Assembly: GCA_038496445.1 (NCBI GenBank)
Contig: JALMLS010000375.1
Coordinates: forward strand, 1-52,651
Length of the DNA: 52,651 bases
From: Trichosphaerium sp. ATCC 40318
Taxonomy: Eukaryota > Protista > Tubulinea
Direction: 5' to 3'
The translations under genes were made by a program, and so were the position numbers. The first letter of the stretch is position 1, and every line of letters starts with the position of its first letter. Positions 25,546-37,511 of the stretch are shown one piece after another. The notes beneath the pieces are model-generated. The model did no database searches. It saw only the letters and a list, made by a program, of their open reading frames with translations, and had not been told where the DNA came from.

Positions 25546-26387
25546 TTGAGTTATAATTGCTTGTAAGGTTCCACCTCACTCCGCTAGTCTGTATAATACG
25601 CTTTCGGCGCCTAAATGGTTTATAGATGCGACTTCTGACAATAATTCAATTGTTTCAACGAAATGTCAACGTCAGCTAATACTACTGGAATTTCTCGTGT
25701 CAAGCAAATCAAAAAAGGAAGTTAAAAGCTCAGCTTCTAAAAGGTATGATGTTGTTTTATTACTTCATTATTCTTGAACACATGTATCAGCACAACATGT
25801 TGTACCGCTCAAGGCACATCGTACGAGGTACTCCTTTTTTGACGCATTAGACCAATCGAGAAAATCAGTAAAAAACACCCAAAAAACCGAAAACCAAAAG
25901 AAGGGCACGTGTTTTTGTACATGTCACCTTTCCGACTTTAAAGTCAACGCCACAAGCAGCAGAGCTTGATTTAAGATAGTGTAAGACATTAAACAGCAAA
26001 AAGGAGGAATGCGAAGAGAAATAACTGGCAAAGTACCATGTTACTACCCAAACACATGGTAAATTTTCATAGGGAACTGAAAATATAAAGCACTTGAGTA
26101 TAAAAGGTTCTTTGCAAGCTGCTTGGTTTGCGGCGCTCAAAGTGCGTAGGACAAGTACAGAGGCGAGTTGCATCCTGCTTTAGGTGCTGTTGTCTTCTAA
26201 ATTCACATAATAATCATGCTTTTTGGTTTTTTCCGCCCGTTGGCATTGTCATAAAATGGACTTTCAGTTTTACGAAAATTGCCACGTGGAAGTAGTACGC
26301 AGAAACTTTTTCTTGAGATCCTTCAAACCAATACCTAATTTATTTACAATAAACTTCAAAAGTTTTTAATACTTGAGCGCTCAACTA

Positions 26388-27490
26388 TCATTCAACGACT
26401 CTAGCCGTAGTAACAATGACTGGATCTAAAGGCACGTTCTTGTGGCCGTGGCTGTCACCTGTTGGAACAACCTAAAAACAAGTGTCAAGTAAGAAAAAAA
26501 ACCAGTTCGTGAATGAAAATAGACATATTGAAAAAAAAGTGTAAAACCAAATTACAAGCGTACTTGGATCTTATCAACTACATCCATGCCTGAAATAACT
26601 TTTCCAAAAACCGCATAAGCAGCACCATCCCACTGTGGTTTATCCAAAAACGCATTATCAACAACATTGATGAAGTACTAAACCGAAACAAATGAGCAAA
26701 AAATCATAAAGTCAAGTTTTAAAAAAGAGTGCTTACCTGGTTTTTACCAGAGTCTGGTTGTCCACCAACACGCTTAGAGTATGTTAAACATGATGTAGTT
26801 TTACATAATATTACGTACTGCCATGGCAATGGTACCTCTATCATTCTTTAGACCTATGAATGGTTTAATAAGAAAATATAAATAACTTTCATAAAAATAG
26901 AAATTATTTTACAAGATTCCTATGAGACTCGAACTCACAACCTCCTGTGTGTTAGATAAGTGCTCTGCCCTTGAGCTAAGGAATCCATTGCATGTAAATA
27001 TAGCATTGGGCGCGTTACGGCGGTCGAAAAGTGGCGGTAGTAAATTTAGCAAAAAAATCAGAAAATATTTGTTTCACAATAAGATTGTTCAAGTTACCGT
27101 TTTGCCATTCGTTTTTGATGCCAGGGAGTGTATGCCTTGGCTTAAAGTTCTTATCAAAGTTTCCACCTAAATCAGTTAGTTTCGGGCGGACTGGGTGACA
27201 TTTCTTATAGAATACGCCCAGATACCTTGAATCATGAAGTCTTTTATGACCTACAACATTGTTAATGAAGCGGTTTTTATTGTATGACGAACCCGATGAA
27301 AGATAGTGCCATCAAAACCAGTTGGTCCTTTATTAACGTAGTAGAGGAAGTTTTTAGTAGATATTGGGGCTTTCTCGCTGTTTAACTCGATCAATATTTC
27401 TCCCATGGTGGTATTGAAACGAACGACTGGATCCGCGGATATAATTACAACAGCCGCAACCAATAGTAAAAATACGCTGTAAAATTGCAT
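26388..27490 (-). CDS. Secreted cyclophilin-type peptidyl-prolyl isomerase, bacterial PpiA-like
   Basis: Signal peptide; [81 protein letters not shown]; 6 introns. Confidence 0.93.
26914..26985 (-). tRNA. tRNA-Val(AAC)-like gene, possibly pseudo-tRNA, inside cyclophilin intron 3
   Basis: GATTCCT TA GCTC AAGGGCA GAGC A CTTAT CTAACAC ACAGG AGGTT GTGAG TTCGAGT CTCAT AGGAATC T. The 7-bp acceptor stem is perfect and the D and T arms are present; the anticodon stem has one mismatch. Confidence 0.8.
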
Positions 27491-27823
27491 GTGACTCTAA
27501 ATACGTATATTAGCGACTATTCAGCACAACAGACAAGCTACACGTACAACCAATGCTATAAAGTTGTAACAAGTCAAGAAGAGTCCTTTAAATAAACATG
27601 TCGTTGTTTGAAAGCAAATACTTGGCGATGGTGAATAATAAAGAACATCATTGTACGCACAAGCGCAATACAACATGTCACACGATTGAAACAAAGTCTG
27701 TTGGTACTTGATTTACTTATTACATTTTTTTTTGTTATGTCAACATTTCCGCGCACCATAAAAGGGAAAAAAAATACAGTGCGAAGGTAGTTTCTCCCAC
27801 AAGATGATAAAAATCAATTATTT

Positions 27824-28776
27824 TTAGAATACTTTTTGGTGTTTCAAGTAACGTGTAATGTAGAAAGATTGTACAATGCCTGAAACGATCACACAGCCAA
27901 TAGAAAATATAGAGAACCACATAGTACGTGAGTTATTGTCATTTGATAGCTTACTAGAAAGAAATATTGAGAATGGTCACAAAAGCAGTTTAAAAAAATG
28001 GTTCATCTACTGACAACGTGTAAAGCATCAATTGTAAGCGCGTGAGGCCATTTTAAAAAGAAGTCATTTCAAAAAATTTGTTTTTTGTTTTTTTCAAAGT
28101 GACAACGTGGCGTACCTTTGACGTTGCTCTCTGTCCTTCATAGAGTGATACTCAGTTTTTACCATTTCAGCAAGGTCTTTAAAACGCGTTTAGAGAGTGT
28201 CATGTCATGATTTTCGAAAAACAAAAAAAACTTACCACGTAATTGTGCTACAGTATCTTCTACAGGGATCAAATGCTCCTTACGAGCAACATTTCCGCGG
28301 TTATTTGCTTGTTGGTTGTTGTTTTTACTCTTAACGCTGTGAAAGGAAATTTGTACTCTTCGTTGAGAGTCTAATGACGTTTTAACCGCTGAAAAAATAT
28401 CTACAAGGTAATACGTACACGCTCCACCACCTTGTTGGCGTCCTGCGCGATAATTATCATAGAAACAGATCCAGTGTTCTCCTGTTGCGCTCATTAGCTA
28501 AAGAACAAGTGTGGTATTGCGTTTACCATCTTCATTTGCCGTTATACCGAAAGTGCCATACGTTGCGTCGTCTCTGCGAAAACGCTCTTCATGAGATGGT
28601 CCATGGATGGTCATCATCATTTGGTACTGGTTATTATCGCCTTTTATTGTAAACTCGCCGCTCAGTGTCTGATGTATGTCCACGTCGACACGCATGCACT
28701 TTTGCTGTCTGAAAGGCACATCAAATTCATACGCGCTTGAAAGCGCAATTAATAGCAAGACAAGCAACGCTCTCAT
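27824..28776 (-). CDS. p24/emp24/gp25L (TMED) cargo receptor
   Basis: Signal peptide MRALLVLLLIALSSA; GOLD domain (QKCMRVDV...GEHWICF); ARKEHLIPVE coiled coil; NSRTMWFSIFSIGCVIVSGIVQSFYITRYLKHQKVF*. Confidence 0.9.
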
Positions 28777-29595
28777 CCTCGCTTTTTGTAACGGCTTAAC
28801 GCAAATCGTGGTTAAGTTTGATTGCAAATGCAATATGTCGTGGCATCTTCATTAATTGATGTCAGTTGTTGATTGGGCGTGAAGGAGTGCGTTGACATAT
28901 TTAAAGGGTGGAAGTATATGGATGTTAGGCCTTGTGCCACATTTCAAACAAAAAAAGATGATCTACTTGCCACTAGCTCCGGCACGCTACGTAGTCCATT
29001 CACCTGTCATTATGTAGTAGTGGAAATGAGTTCCGTAAGTAGTGATGATCTTTTTTATTGATGTTTGTTAGCAGGTTTTTCTCACGTGATTGTGGTCTTT
29101 TTGTCCGAAACGTGGTATTTACCCAATTTCAGCTCTCAACTTTGTCTCTCTTGTGAATCGCAAAACCCTTAAGTACCTACCACGCTCTATTGGACCCAAT
29201 TAGACCACATAAGTTCTTATTACCTACGTGACAACATGAACAACTCCGAGGGTTTCTGAAAGCTAGGAATAACCTTTAATTAACTCTGAGGCGTATCACT
29301 TAAAAAGGCAAGACATAAAAGATCTCTCGTAGCTAGCGTTAGGAAACAATGACGCGGGTACACAATGGCGGAGAGGTTTTCTAACTTTCCTCACTTATCG
29401 CGCTATTCTTGAAATCTCGTTTTTTAATACCCGCCTACAATTGCTAAAAACTATCACAAGAAAAAACGTGCTAATGCTACGCAATTTGCTACATAGCTCT
29501 CGTTTTTGTATTGGTTTAAGTCACAACTCATGACAATTCACAACCATACATCTCCGTTATAAAGCCAAGCAAGCACTTCGTGCGTTCTAATTTAC

Positions 29596-32500
29596 ATGTC
29601 TAGTACAGCGCTATTCTATGCGCTTATAATAGTAGCGCTACTGTCTTATTATCAAACAGACGCTACAAGGATACCTCGTACGTCCCTACTGTATACTATA
29701 TACCTTCTCTACGCGAATCAAGCGTATCGATAGGCAATCCTGAACTCTACGCCGGTGGTGTGCCGGCACGCTTTTTATTTTCTCGTGGAAAGTCATCCTT
29801 TCATTTGTCTTATACCTTATGTAGTATCCAACCACACCCGAGTGACGTACACTTGGCACGATGCAAGCAAGATAGACTTTACTAATTTTACACGTCCCTC
29901 GATGGAAGCTCAAAAGGCCAAAAGGTAACGTTTTAGCGAAACGGGGAAGGCTGCAGTGTCGCAGTTTTACTTTGGCTTTTTGATTGGTTTGTTATCTTTT
30001 TTTATTTATCTATTACGATAGAGCAGCGAACGCAGAGTCTAGATTGATTATAACTACAGTTATCACTGATGAAGCTCAGGAAGTAAGTTAGTAAAAAAAA
30101 AATATCTGGTTAGGTCAGATCTCCACCTTTTTTGGTTAAAACGTTTTAATACACGTGATAAATGCCACCAAAAAGGGGCTGCTCATTTCTGAAATTTCTA
30201 TCTCTCGTTTTTTTCAGAATTCAGAGTTAAAAAACTTACTGGGTTTATCTTATAGCGTGAAGATATCGTAAGCGCTTTTAATAACGCTCTGGATGTTTGG
30301 GTACACATAAATACATTTAAAGATGCTTCTTTTTTTTTTTTCAAAACGATTTTTTTTTTGATTTACAATATCGTTCTATTGCTGACCCACGTGATTAAAG
30401 AGAAGTTATATTTTTGACGAGACTGCTTTGGAGATTCATTTGCATGTAGCAACAATACCAGAACTTGCAGTAACAGATCTTGTGAGGTTATATAATTTCG
30501 GAACTGTCAGAATGACGTATGTGAAGTAATTTGATTCTTTTTATTTTCTACTTTGTAATTTCTCCACTTTTTTTTTAATGCGAATGTTAACCAAGTACTT
30601 ACTTCTGGTGATTTTTTAGATCTCAGCTGAATTTCAAACTTGCTACAACCCAACTCTTTTTCGGTACTCTATTCGATAGACCAGAGTATGCCTTGGATGA
30701 AGGATATCCTACAGTTGTTGATCACGGTCCTTTGAAGTCAATGATAAAGGTAAAAAAAAAACCGGAAGTTCCCACTCACAAAATTAACAAAAAAACACGA
30801 CTTGTTATCTCTTATGTACTTGTAGAATATCTTTCAAGAAACAGATATGTTTGATGAACCAAATGGACCTCGCGATGCTACAATAACAGTATCAAACAGA
30901 AGAAATATTGACTGGGACATCTCTGATGGAATAACTCCTGTTCGTTTTGACACATTTCATTTTTTTCTCCCTTCATTTTTGTTGATTGACCTTATTTTTT
31001 GAACACAGGGTTTACTTGACGGACACGCAATTATGGTTCACGAATTAGCACGTGTTTTCGGATTTTCAAGCGATATTGGAAGGAGTGAGCGTTTTTTTTG
31101 TTCATTTTTTTGACTATTGAAATGTCCGCCAGCTAATTTCTTTCTAGTGACTGAGTTCATTAATTCCCCAGGTGACATACCTTTTGGAGTTCAACCTACT
31201 ATACTTGATTATTTACGCTTCCCTACACCAACTACTAGTGTCTTTAGAGGACGTAGTTTGGAGCTAGGTACTAAATAATAATCAACTAAACAATCACCGT
31301 ATACTAATTCATCAAAAGATGTACCTGCCTTCTTTATAAGTCCTTTAGTAAGAATACCAACTGTAGAATATTCTTCTGTACTCGGTCAACAGGACAGTTG
31401 GGCAGATGAGAGCCTTGGTACTGTTTTTTTAAAAGAAAAAAAAGACACTTAACATAGCTGACTTTTACGTTTAGGTATTATCGCTCCATTAAACGAACTT
31501 ACCCCAGAATCTCGTATTGGTATTACCATAACGGATATTCTTGTCATAGATACTCTTGGATGGTTTATAAATGGTACGTGAATCGAACCGTTTAGGAAAT
31601 TTTAAATTGAAACTCACAACTAAAAAATAGCTGTTGGATTACCTTGTCCATATGTTTCATATACTGATAGAGACTTTGCAACTATTGGTGATGTTATTGG
31701 TGTACGTGGATATTACTTTTTCGAACAAGTACGATGTCTGTACGGTGGATTTGCAGGCCTAATTATTGGAGATGCACGAGTAATCAGTGATTCATACGTT
31801 GTATGTTTTGACTTCATTTTTACTGATGGAAATGCCTCGTCTATCGTCTATCACTAGTTAACTTGATTGTTTAGGAATGTGTTGTACCTGTATTTCCTTC
31901 AAACAGAAGATTAACTGGTATGGAAATTAGTGCTAATGGTGGACAACAAAGTAACTTTTTTGGAAATATTCAAATATCACCAGTACGACAATCAATTTCT
32001 CGCTTGTTACTCATTCATATTCATAGATATCACCAAATCCAACAGCTGCACCTCCTACGCAAGCCCCAACAATGGCATTTACACCTCCACCGACTACAGT
32101 ACCACCAACGGTTGCTCCCACGATTGCCCCTACAACACAGCGTCCGACAGTAGCACCAACACCACAGCCAACACCAGCCCCAACTAACCCTCCTACACTA
32201 CCTCCAACAAGAGCACCAACAGTTGCACCAACCCCACAGCCAACACCAGCCCCAACTAACCCTCCTACGCTTCCTCCAACAAGAGCACCAACAGTTGCGC
32301 CAACACCACAGCCAACACCAGCCCCAACTAACCCTCCTACGCTTCCTCCAACAAGAGCACCAACAGTTGCACCAACACCACAACCAACACCAGCCCCAAC
32401 TAACCCCCCTACACTACCTCCAACAAGAGCACCAACAGTTGCACCAACACCACAGCCAACGCCAGCCCCAACTAACCCTCCTACACTACCTCCAACAAGA

Positions 32501-34002
32501 GCACCAACAGTTGCACCAACACCACAGCCAACACCAGCCCCAACTAACCCTCCTACACTACCTCCAACAAGAGCACCAACAGTTGCTCCAACCCCACAGC
32601 CGACACCAGCCCCAACTAACCCCCCTACGCTTCCTCCAACAACAGCACCCACCACGCAAGCTCCAACACCAACTCCTACAACTCTTCCGCCTGTTGTTGT
32701 ACCAACGACTGCATCTCCAACACCTGTTCCAACCTCACCGCCTACCATTGTACCAACTACTGCACCTCCTACAGTTGAGCCAACTATGGCGCCTACAACA
32801 GAACCACCAACAGTAGCCCCAACAACTGATGCACCTACACCTGAACCAACTATGACTCCTTCAACAGAGCCTCCAACAGCAACTCCTACAACACCGGCAC
32901 CTGTTGTTGTACCAACAACTGCGTCTCCAACACCTGCTCCAACCTCACCACCACCTGTTGAAATACCAACTACTGCACCTCCAATGCCTATACCAACGTC
33001 ACCGCCAACTATGGCACCTACCACTGCGCCACCAACACCTGAACCAACCCCTCAATCTGCAGAGCCTACCATAGCTCCTACAACAGACTCTCCAACAGCT
33101 CAGGCCACTGGTACCAGAAACGTTTTAACCAACATTATTCCTAATCATTTGTAGATGCGCCAACATCACAACCGCCTACTGATGCTCCGGCTGATGCCCC
33201 TGTAGATGCTCCTGCTGAAGCTCCGGTAGATGCTCCTTCAGATGCTCCTTCTGATGCACCAGCTGATGCCCCTTCGGACGCTCCAGCCGACGCACCTGCT
33301 GACGCACCTATAGACGCACCAGCTGATGCCCCAGCTGATACTCCTTCTGATGCTCCTGTCGACGCACCAGCTGACGCACCTGTTGATGCTCCTGCTGACG
33401 CACCAGCTGACGCACCTTCTGATGCACCTTCTGATGCACCAGCTGTTACTCCTTCTGACGCCCCTGTTGATGCCCCAGCTGATGCCCCTGTTGATGCTCC
33501 TGCTGACGTACCTTCTGACGCACCAGCTGACGCACCTTCTGATGCTCCTTCGGAAGCACCAGCCGATACCCCTTCAGATGCACCAGCTGCCCCACCTGTT
33601 GATGCTGATACTCCTTCGGACGCTCCAGCTACGTCACCTACATCTGAACCAGTAACAACTGCACCGCCAGTATCTGTCGCTCCAGCTGCTGTAAGTGTAA
33701 ACACAACCATGTCTCATTTTTATAACTCATATAAAACCATAGCTTCCTGTCTTACTTGGATTCGGACAAGCAACAAATGAAGATGAGGAAGAAGCAACAA
33801 GAGAAGCTTTGGCTTTAGCAGAAGCAGATTGCCAAGGGTTAGAGAGTTCTTATAGCTCGAAACAGTTTTCTGACTTTATTCTCTTTTTAGGTGTTGTGTT
33901 GCTATTAAATTCCCTGGCCAATCATCAATAATATCATGTTCTTCTTCTAGTAAAGGAGACTCAACAATATCAGCACATTGCTCATGCAGATGTGCATTGT
34001 AA
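29596..34002 (+). CDS. Large secreted protein: degenerate zinc-metalloprotease-like domain + IPT-like domain + PT and DAP repeats + Cys-rich tail
   Basis: Signal peptide MSSTALFYALIIVALLSYYQTDA; DWDISDGITPGLLDGHAIMVHELARVFGF, PTILDYLRF, SWAD, TDILVIDTLGW; IPT-like GDVIGVRG..VRCLYG..ECVVP..EISANGG; ends AHCSCRCAL*. Confidence 0.75.
32143..32646 (+). repeat. 72-bp coding tandem repeat x7 (PTVAPTPQPTPAPTNPPTLPPTRA)
   Basis: Period 72 nt (e.g. GAGCACCAAC at 32211 and 32283), with mainly synonymous differences between units. Confidence 0.95.
33181..33630 (+). repeat. 12-bp coding tandem repeat (DAP[A/S/V]) about 35 copies
   Basis: GAYGCNCCN-NNN units in the exon after intron ~33111-33153. Confidence 0.92.
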
Positions 34003-34731
34003 TTTATAATTTAGAATTGAAATAAAAAAAAGTCAGACATTCACCCTTGTAATAGCTCGTTTCTAGTTGCTTGATAATTTGTTAGTCACAACCATGCGAA
34101 TATTCAATGCTACAATATTGTATGGTATCAATGTCAGCTTAAAATGGTGAGCACTATTTCCTTCTTGCTTTTCACGTGGTTACGACAAAATCTTTCTGGT
34201 TTTTTTTTTGCTAATGCAGTCAATAGTTTTCTTTTGATAAGTTTTCTCACAGAAAGAGCTCGGTTTTAGTTGCAATTCCACCGAAAAGTAGGCAGTGAGC
34301 ATGGATCATACTGGAGGAAGTAAAAAACGAAGCAAACAGGCGTCTAACGCAAACACTCCGAATAAAAGGTAAAAAATTAAATACAATGTCTAGAGATGTT
34401 CGTATCAACATTAAAGCACTAAAAACATCAACAACAAATTACGTAATTTTGCGTTAATTCTGGTTGTGACCTAGTTTGACCATAAATAGCACTCTTTTTA
34501 TAACACAAGTTGCCTTAACACACTGCAAGCTATATCCTTATTGATAGTTTAAAGTGATTGTAAGGGCAGGAAGTCACGTGCTTCTTACTATTCAGAAGGC
34601 CTTTTGAAAATAGCTAAACTGAAAAAGAGCATTATTTTAGGTCAAACACAACCACTGCTGTTATCAAGAACCTCGTTTTGAACATTTTTTGTTGTTTGAC
34701 ATCATTCTAAAATACTGGTAGTAATAAAACG

Positions 34732-35949
34732 ATGTTATTGGACATACCTGTTGAGATTCTAGTAGATATCTTAGCAAATACAACGAAAGCTCGATTTGCA
34801 GCTTGTCAAACATGTCATCTCTTTTATTCAATTATTCATGATATTATCGGGTATCATAGTGTATACTTACGGACAGATGAACAAGCAAAAGAAGCTGTTA
34901 AACACAAAGGAATCATGAAACACACAAAAATCAAGTTGATGAGTGGTTATGGTAGAGGATTTCCGTCGAATGAGATTCTGGAACAATTTGTAGGAGTACA
35001 TAACATTGACCTCAGTGAAACTTATTTTATCAAAGCAGAAGGTATGAAGTGGCTTGCTGGAGTGCATACAATCGACCTTACTATGTCTCATGTTGATGAT
35101 CAATCTATCAAATTACTTGCTGGTGTTCACGAGATTAATCTTGAAAGTGTTGCTAGTATTAGAGATGAAGGTATTATGGCGCTTGCTGGTGTTCATACAA
35201 TTGATCTTTGTTTCACACATGTAACAGATTACGGCGTATATGCCCTTGCTGGTGTTCATACTATTAATCTGGAGGGTACACGAGTGACAGATATAGGTGT
35301 TAGCACACTTGCTGGAGTGCATGCTATTGATTTATCGGACACTCAAGTAACTGATAGAGGTGTTAGAACACTTGCTGGAGTGCATACTATTTCTTTGAGA
35401 GAAACTAAAGTAACTGGTAAAGGTATAATGTCGCTTGCTGGAGTACACACGATTGATCTTAGTAGTGTGCATGTAACAGATGAAGCTATTCAAAGTCTTG
35501 TTGGTGTACACACAATTAAGCTTATTGATTGTACACAGTATATTACCGTTGAAGCAATCAAGGCACTCAAAGAAGTTCATGAGATTCATCTTACTGACCC
35601 GAAAGATTTGTGGCTTGGAGAACTTTGTAATGTGCACTCAGTTTGTATTATTGATGGTGGTAAAAACAATACAACAGACGATGGAATCAAAACATTGACC
35701 AATGTCAAAATCCTTCATCTTGTTCATTCATCCGATACACTAACAGACTTGGGTTTTACTACATTGATCAACCTCAAACACCTCCTAATGTGTGGAGGCG
35801 ATAATATTACTAATAATTGCTTGAAGTACCTTAAATCTCTAAAATATGTTACAAACATTTTTTCTGGAGTTACAAAAGAGGGTGTTGAGTCAATGGGTAT
35901 TGAATATATTAACTATTTAACTATAACAACTAAATCCATTATAAAATAA
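34732..35949 (+). CDS. F-box-like + ~22-aa leucine-rich repeat protein (uninterrupted ORF)
   Basis: LLDIPVEILVDIL...ACQTCHLFYSII, followed by repeats of LAGVHTIDLSDTQVTDRGVRT. Confidence 0.9.
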   Translation: MLLDIPVEILVDILANTTKARFAACQTCHLFYSIIHDIIGYHSVYLRTDEQAKEAVKHKGIMKHTKIKLMSGYGRGFPSNEILEQFVGVHNIDLSETYFIKAEGMKWLAGVHTIDLTMSHVDDQSIKLLAGVHEINLESVASIRDEGIMALAGVHTIDLCFTHVTDYGVYALAGVHTINLEGTRVTDIGVSTLAGVHAIDLSDTQVTDRGVRTLAGVHTISLRETKVTGKGIMSLAGVHTIDLSSVHVTDEAIQSLVGVHTIKLIDCTQYITVEAIKALKEVHEIHLTDPKDLWLGELCNVHSVCIIDGGKNNTTDDGIKTLTNVKILHLVHSSDTLTDLGFTTLINLKHLLMCGGDNITNNCLKYLKSLKYVTNIFSGVTKEGVESMGIEYINYLTITTKSIIK

Positions 35950-36257
35950 ACATCATCTGAATACAAGTTGGCTCGGGTGTTGTGTTGTTAACTTCCAATG
36001 TAGAATAGTTTTCAAGTATCATTAGTGGTACGATGGTACTCCACTTCTGCATCTTACGCTCAATCCTAAGTATCACATGCCTGAAACAGGCCAAGGGGCA
36101 TTTAAGTGGACCACCTAACCAAAACACTTTACATCCAAGTGCAAAATCTGTTCAAATTTTTGTTCAAATATGAAGTACTTGCTAGTCACGTGTTGTCAAC
36201 AAAAAACAGGTTTAAACATTTGAAAACCCGCGTTACGCTAGATAAACAGAATATTCA

Positions 36258-37511
36258 ATGGACACGTCATTAGAGCATACGTAAGAAAGCGTCGAAAAAT
36301 CTTTACAACAAAAAATACTTAGTTCCACCTTTATCTCACTCTAGTCGCTTAGAAATTCACCTAGTAGACTCACTGTGCTACCTACAGAAATATTGGCTTT
36401 AATTCTATCCTTTGTATCAAACTCGCGGAAATCCGCCGCTAACACGTGCTCACACTTACTAAAAATCATACGCGATATAGTAGGGTTCAAAAGCATTCGC
36501 ATTAAAACTGCGGCACACGCAAATCTTCTTCAACGATACAGCGGTGTAGTACACCATACAACCGTTAGAGTCGATTCTCCCTCCGACGGAGTATTGATAC
36601 TCCTCAAAGGCGTCAAGAACGTCATACTCACGTGTAGGTACATAACAGCGCCACTAAATATCTCTGCTCTCGCTGGTGTGCACAGGGTATCTCTAGACAA
36701 CTTGGTTAGTCTACGTGATGAAGATGTAAAGTCACTCTCTGGCGTTCACACGATCAGTATGCGAAACTGCTCTTCGATTACGGATAAGGGGATAAAACAT
36801 CTTGCTGGTGTTCACTCCATCTGTCTCTCTAAGACGGCTGTAACGGATGATGGTCTTGTAGCGCTTTCAGGCGTACATACTATTGATTTGAGCAAAACTG
36901 AGGTAACGGATAAAGGAGTTAAGTGCCTAGCTGGTGTTTCTTGTATTAACTTATCAGGTTGTAAAATAACTGACGAAACACTTCTTGCTCTTAAAGATGT
37001 TCGTGATATCAACTTGATGACATGTCTTGACATCACAGACATAGGAATTAAAGCTTTAAAGAACGTGAATACAATATGCTTAGTACTTAATCCGCACGTG
37101 ACTATAGAAGGTATTAAGTCTTTGTCTGGAGTTTCATCGATTTATCTATGCAATGACAATGTCACAGATAACGATATTATCGCACTAAAAGGTCTTCATA
37201 AAGCTGTTATTTATTGTAAGAGCATTACAGATGTTGGTGTTAAAGCACTCAAAGGTATTCATGCTGTTTCTCTTGCTGTAATGAACAAAATTACAGATGA
37301 AGGGGTTAAGGCTCTTGCTGGTGCTTCTCTGGTAGAGTTGTATGGATGTGATAACGTTTCTAAAGATGCAGTCAAAGTACTACGGGATAGTGGTACAGTA
37401 GTGGTTCCAAGGCAGTGTCGTCAGCTTGAAGATTTTGCCCTTGAGGCAAATCCTAACCATGTCAGTGTAGAAAAACAAATTGAAAACGTCTTTGAGGTAT
37501 TCGGGTCTTAG
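36258..37511 (+). CDS. F-box-like + LRR protein, tandem paralog
   Basis: ATG at 36258 with one short intron joins in frame to VLPTEILALILSF...ANTCSHLLKII; repeats LSGVHTIDLSKTEVTDKGVKC. Confidence 0.88.

Noticed and set aside
5803-28776. Functional cluster of secretory-pathway genes (PDI, QC, ArfGAP, cyclophilin, p24)
   Set aside because: They are interspersed with unrelated genes and this is a common gene class; there is no evidence of co-regulation.
32143-32646. Regular repeat array as a possible CRISPR
   Set aside because: There are no unique spacers; it is an in-frame coding tandem repeat in a eukaryotic gene.
32011-33710. Long antisense and alternate-frame ORFs (Gly/Val-rich, Gln/His-rich, ASEG-rich)
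   Set aside because: They are shadows of the PT and DAP coding repeats on the + strand.
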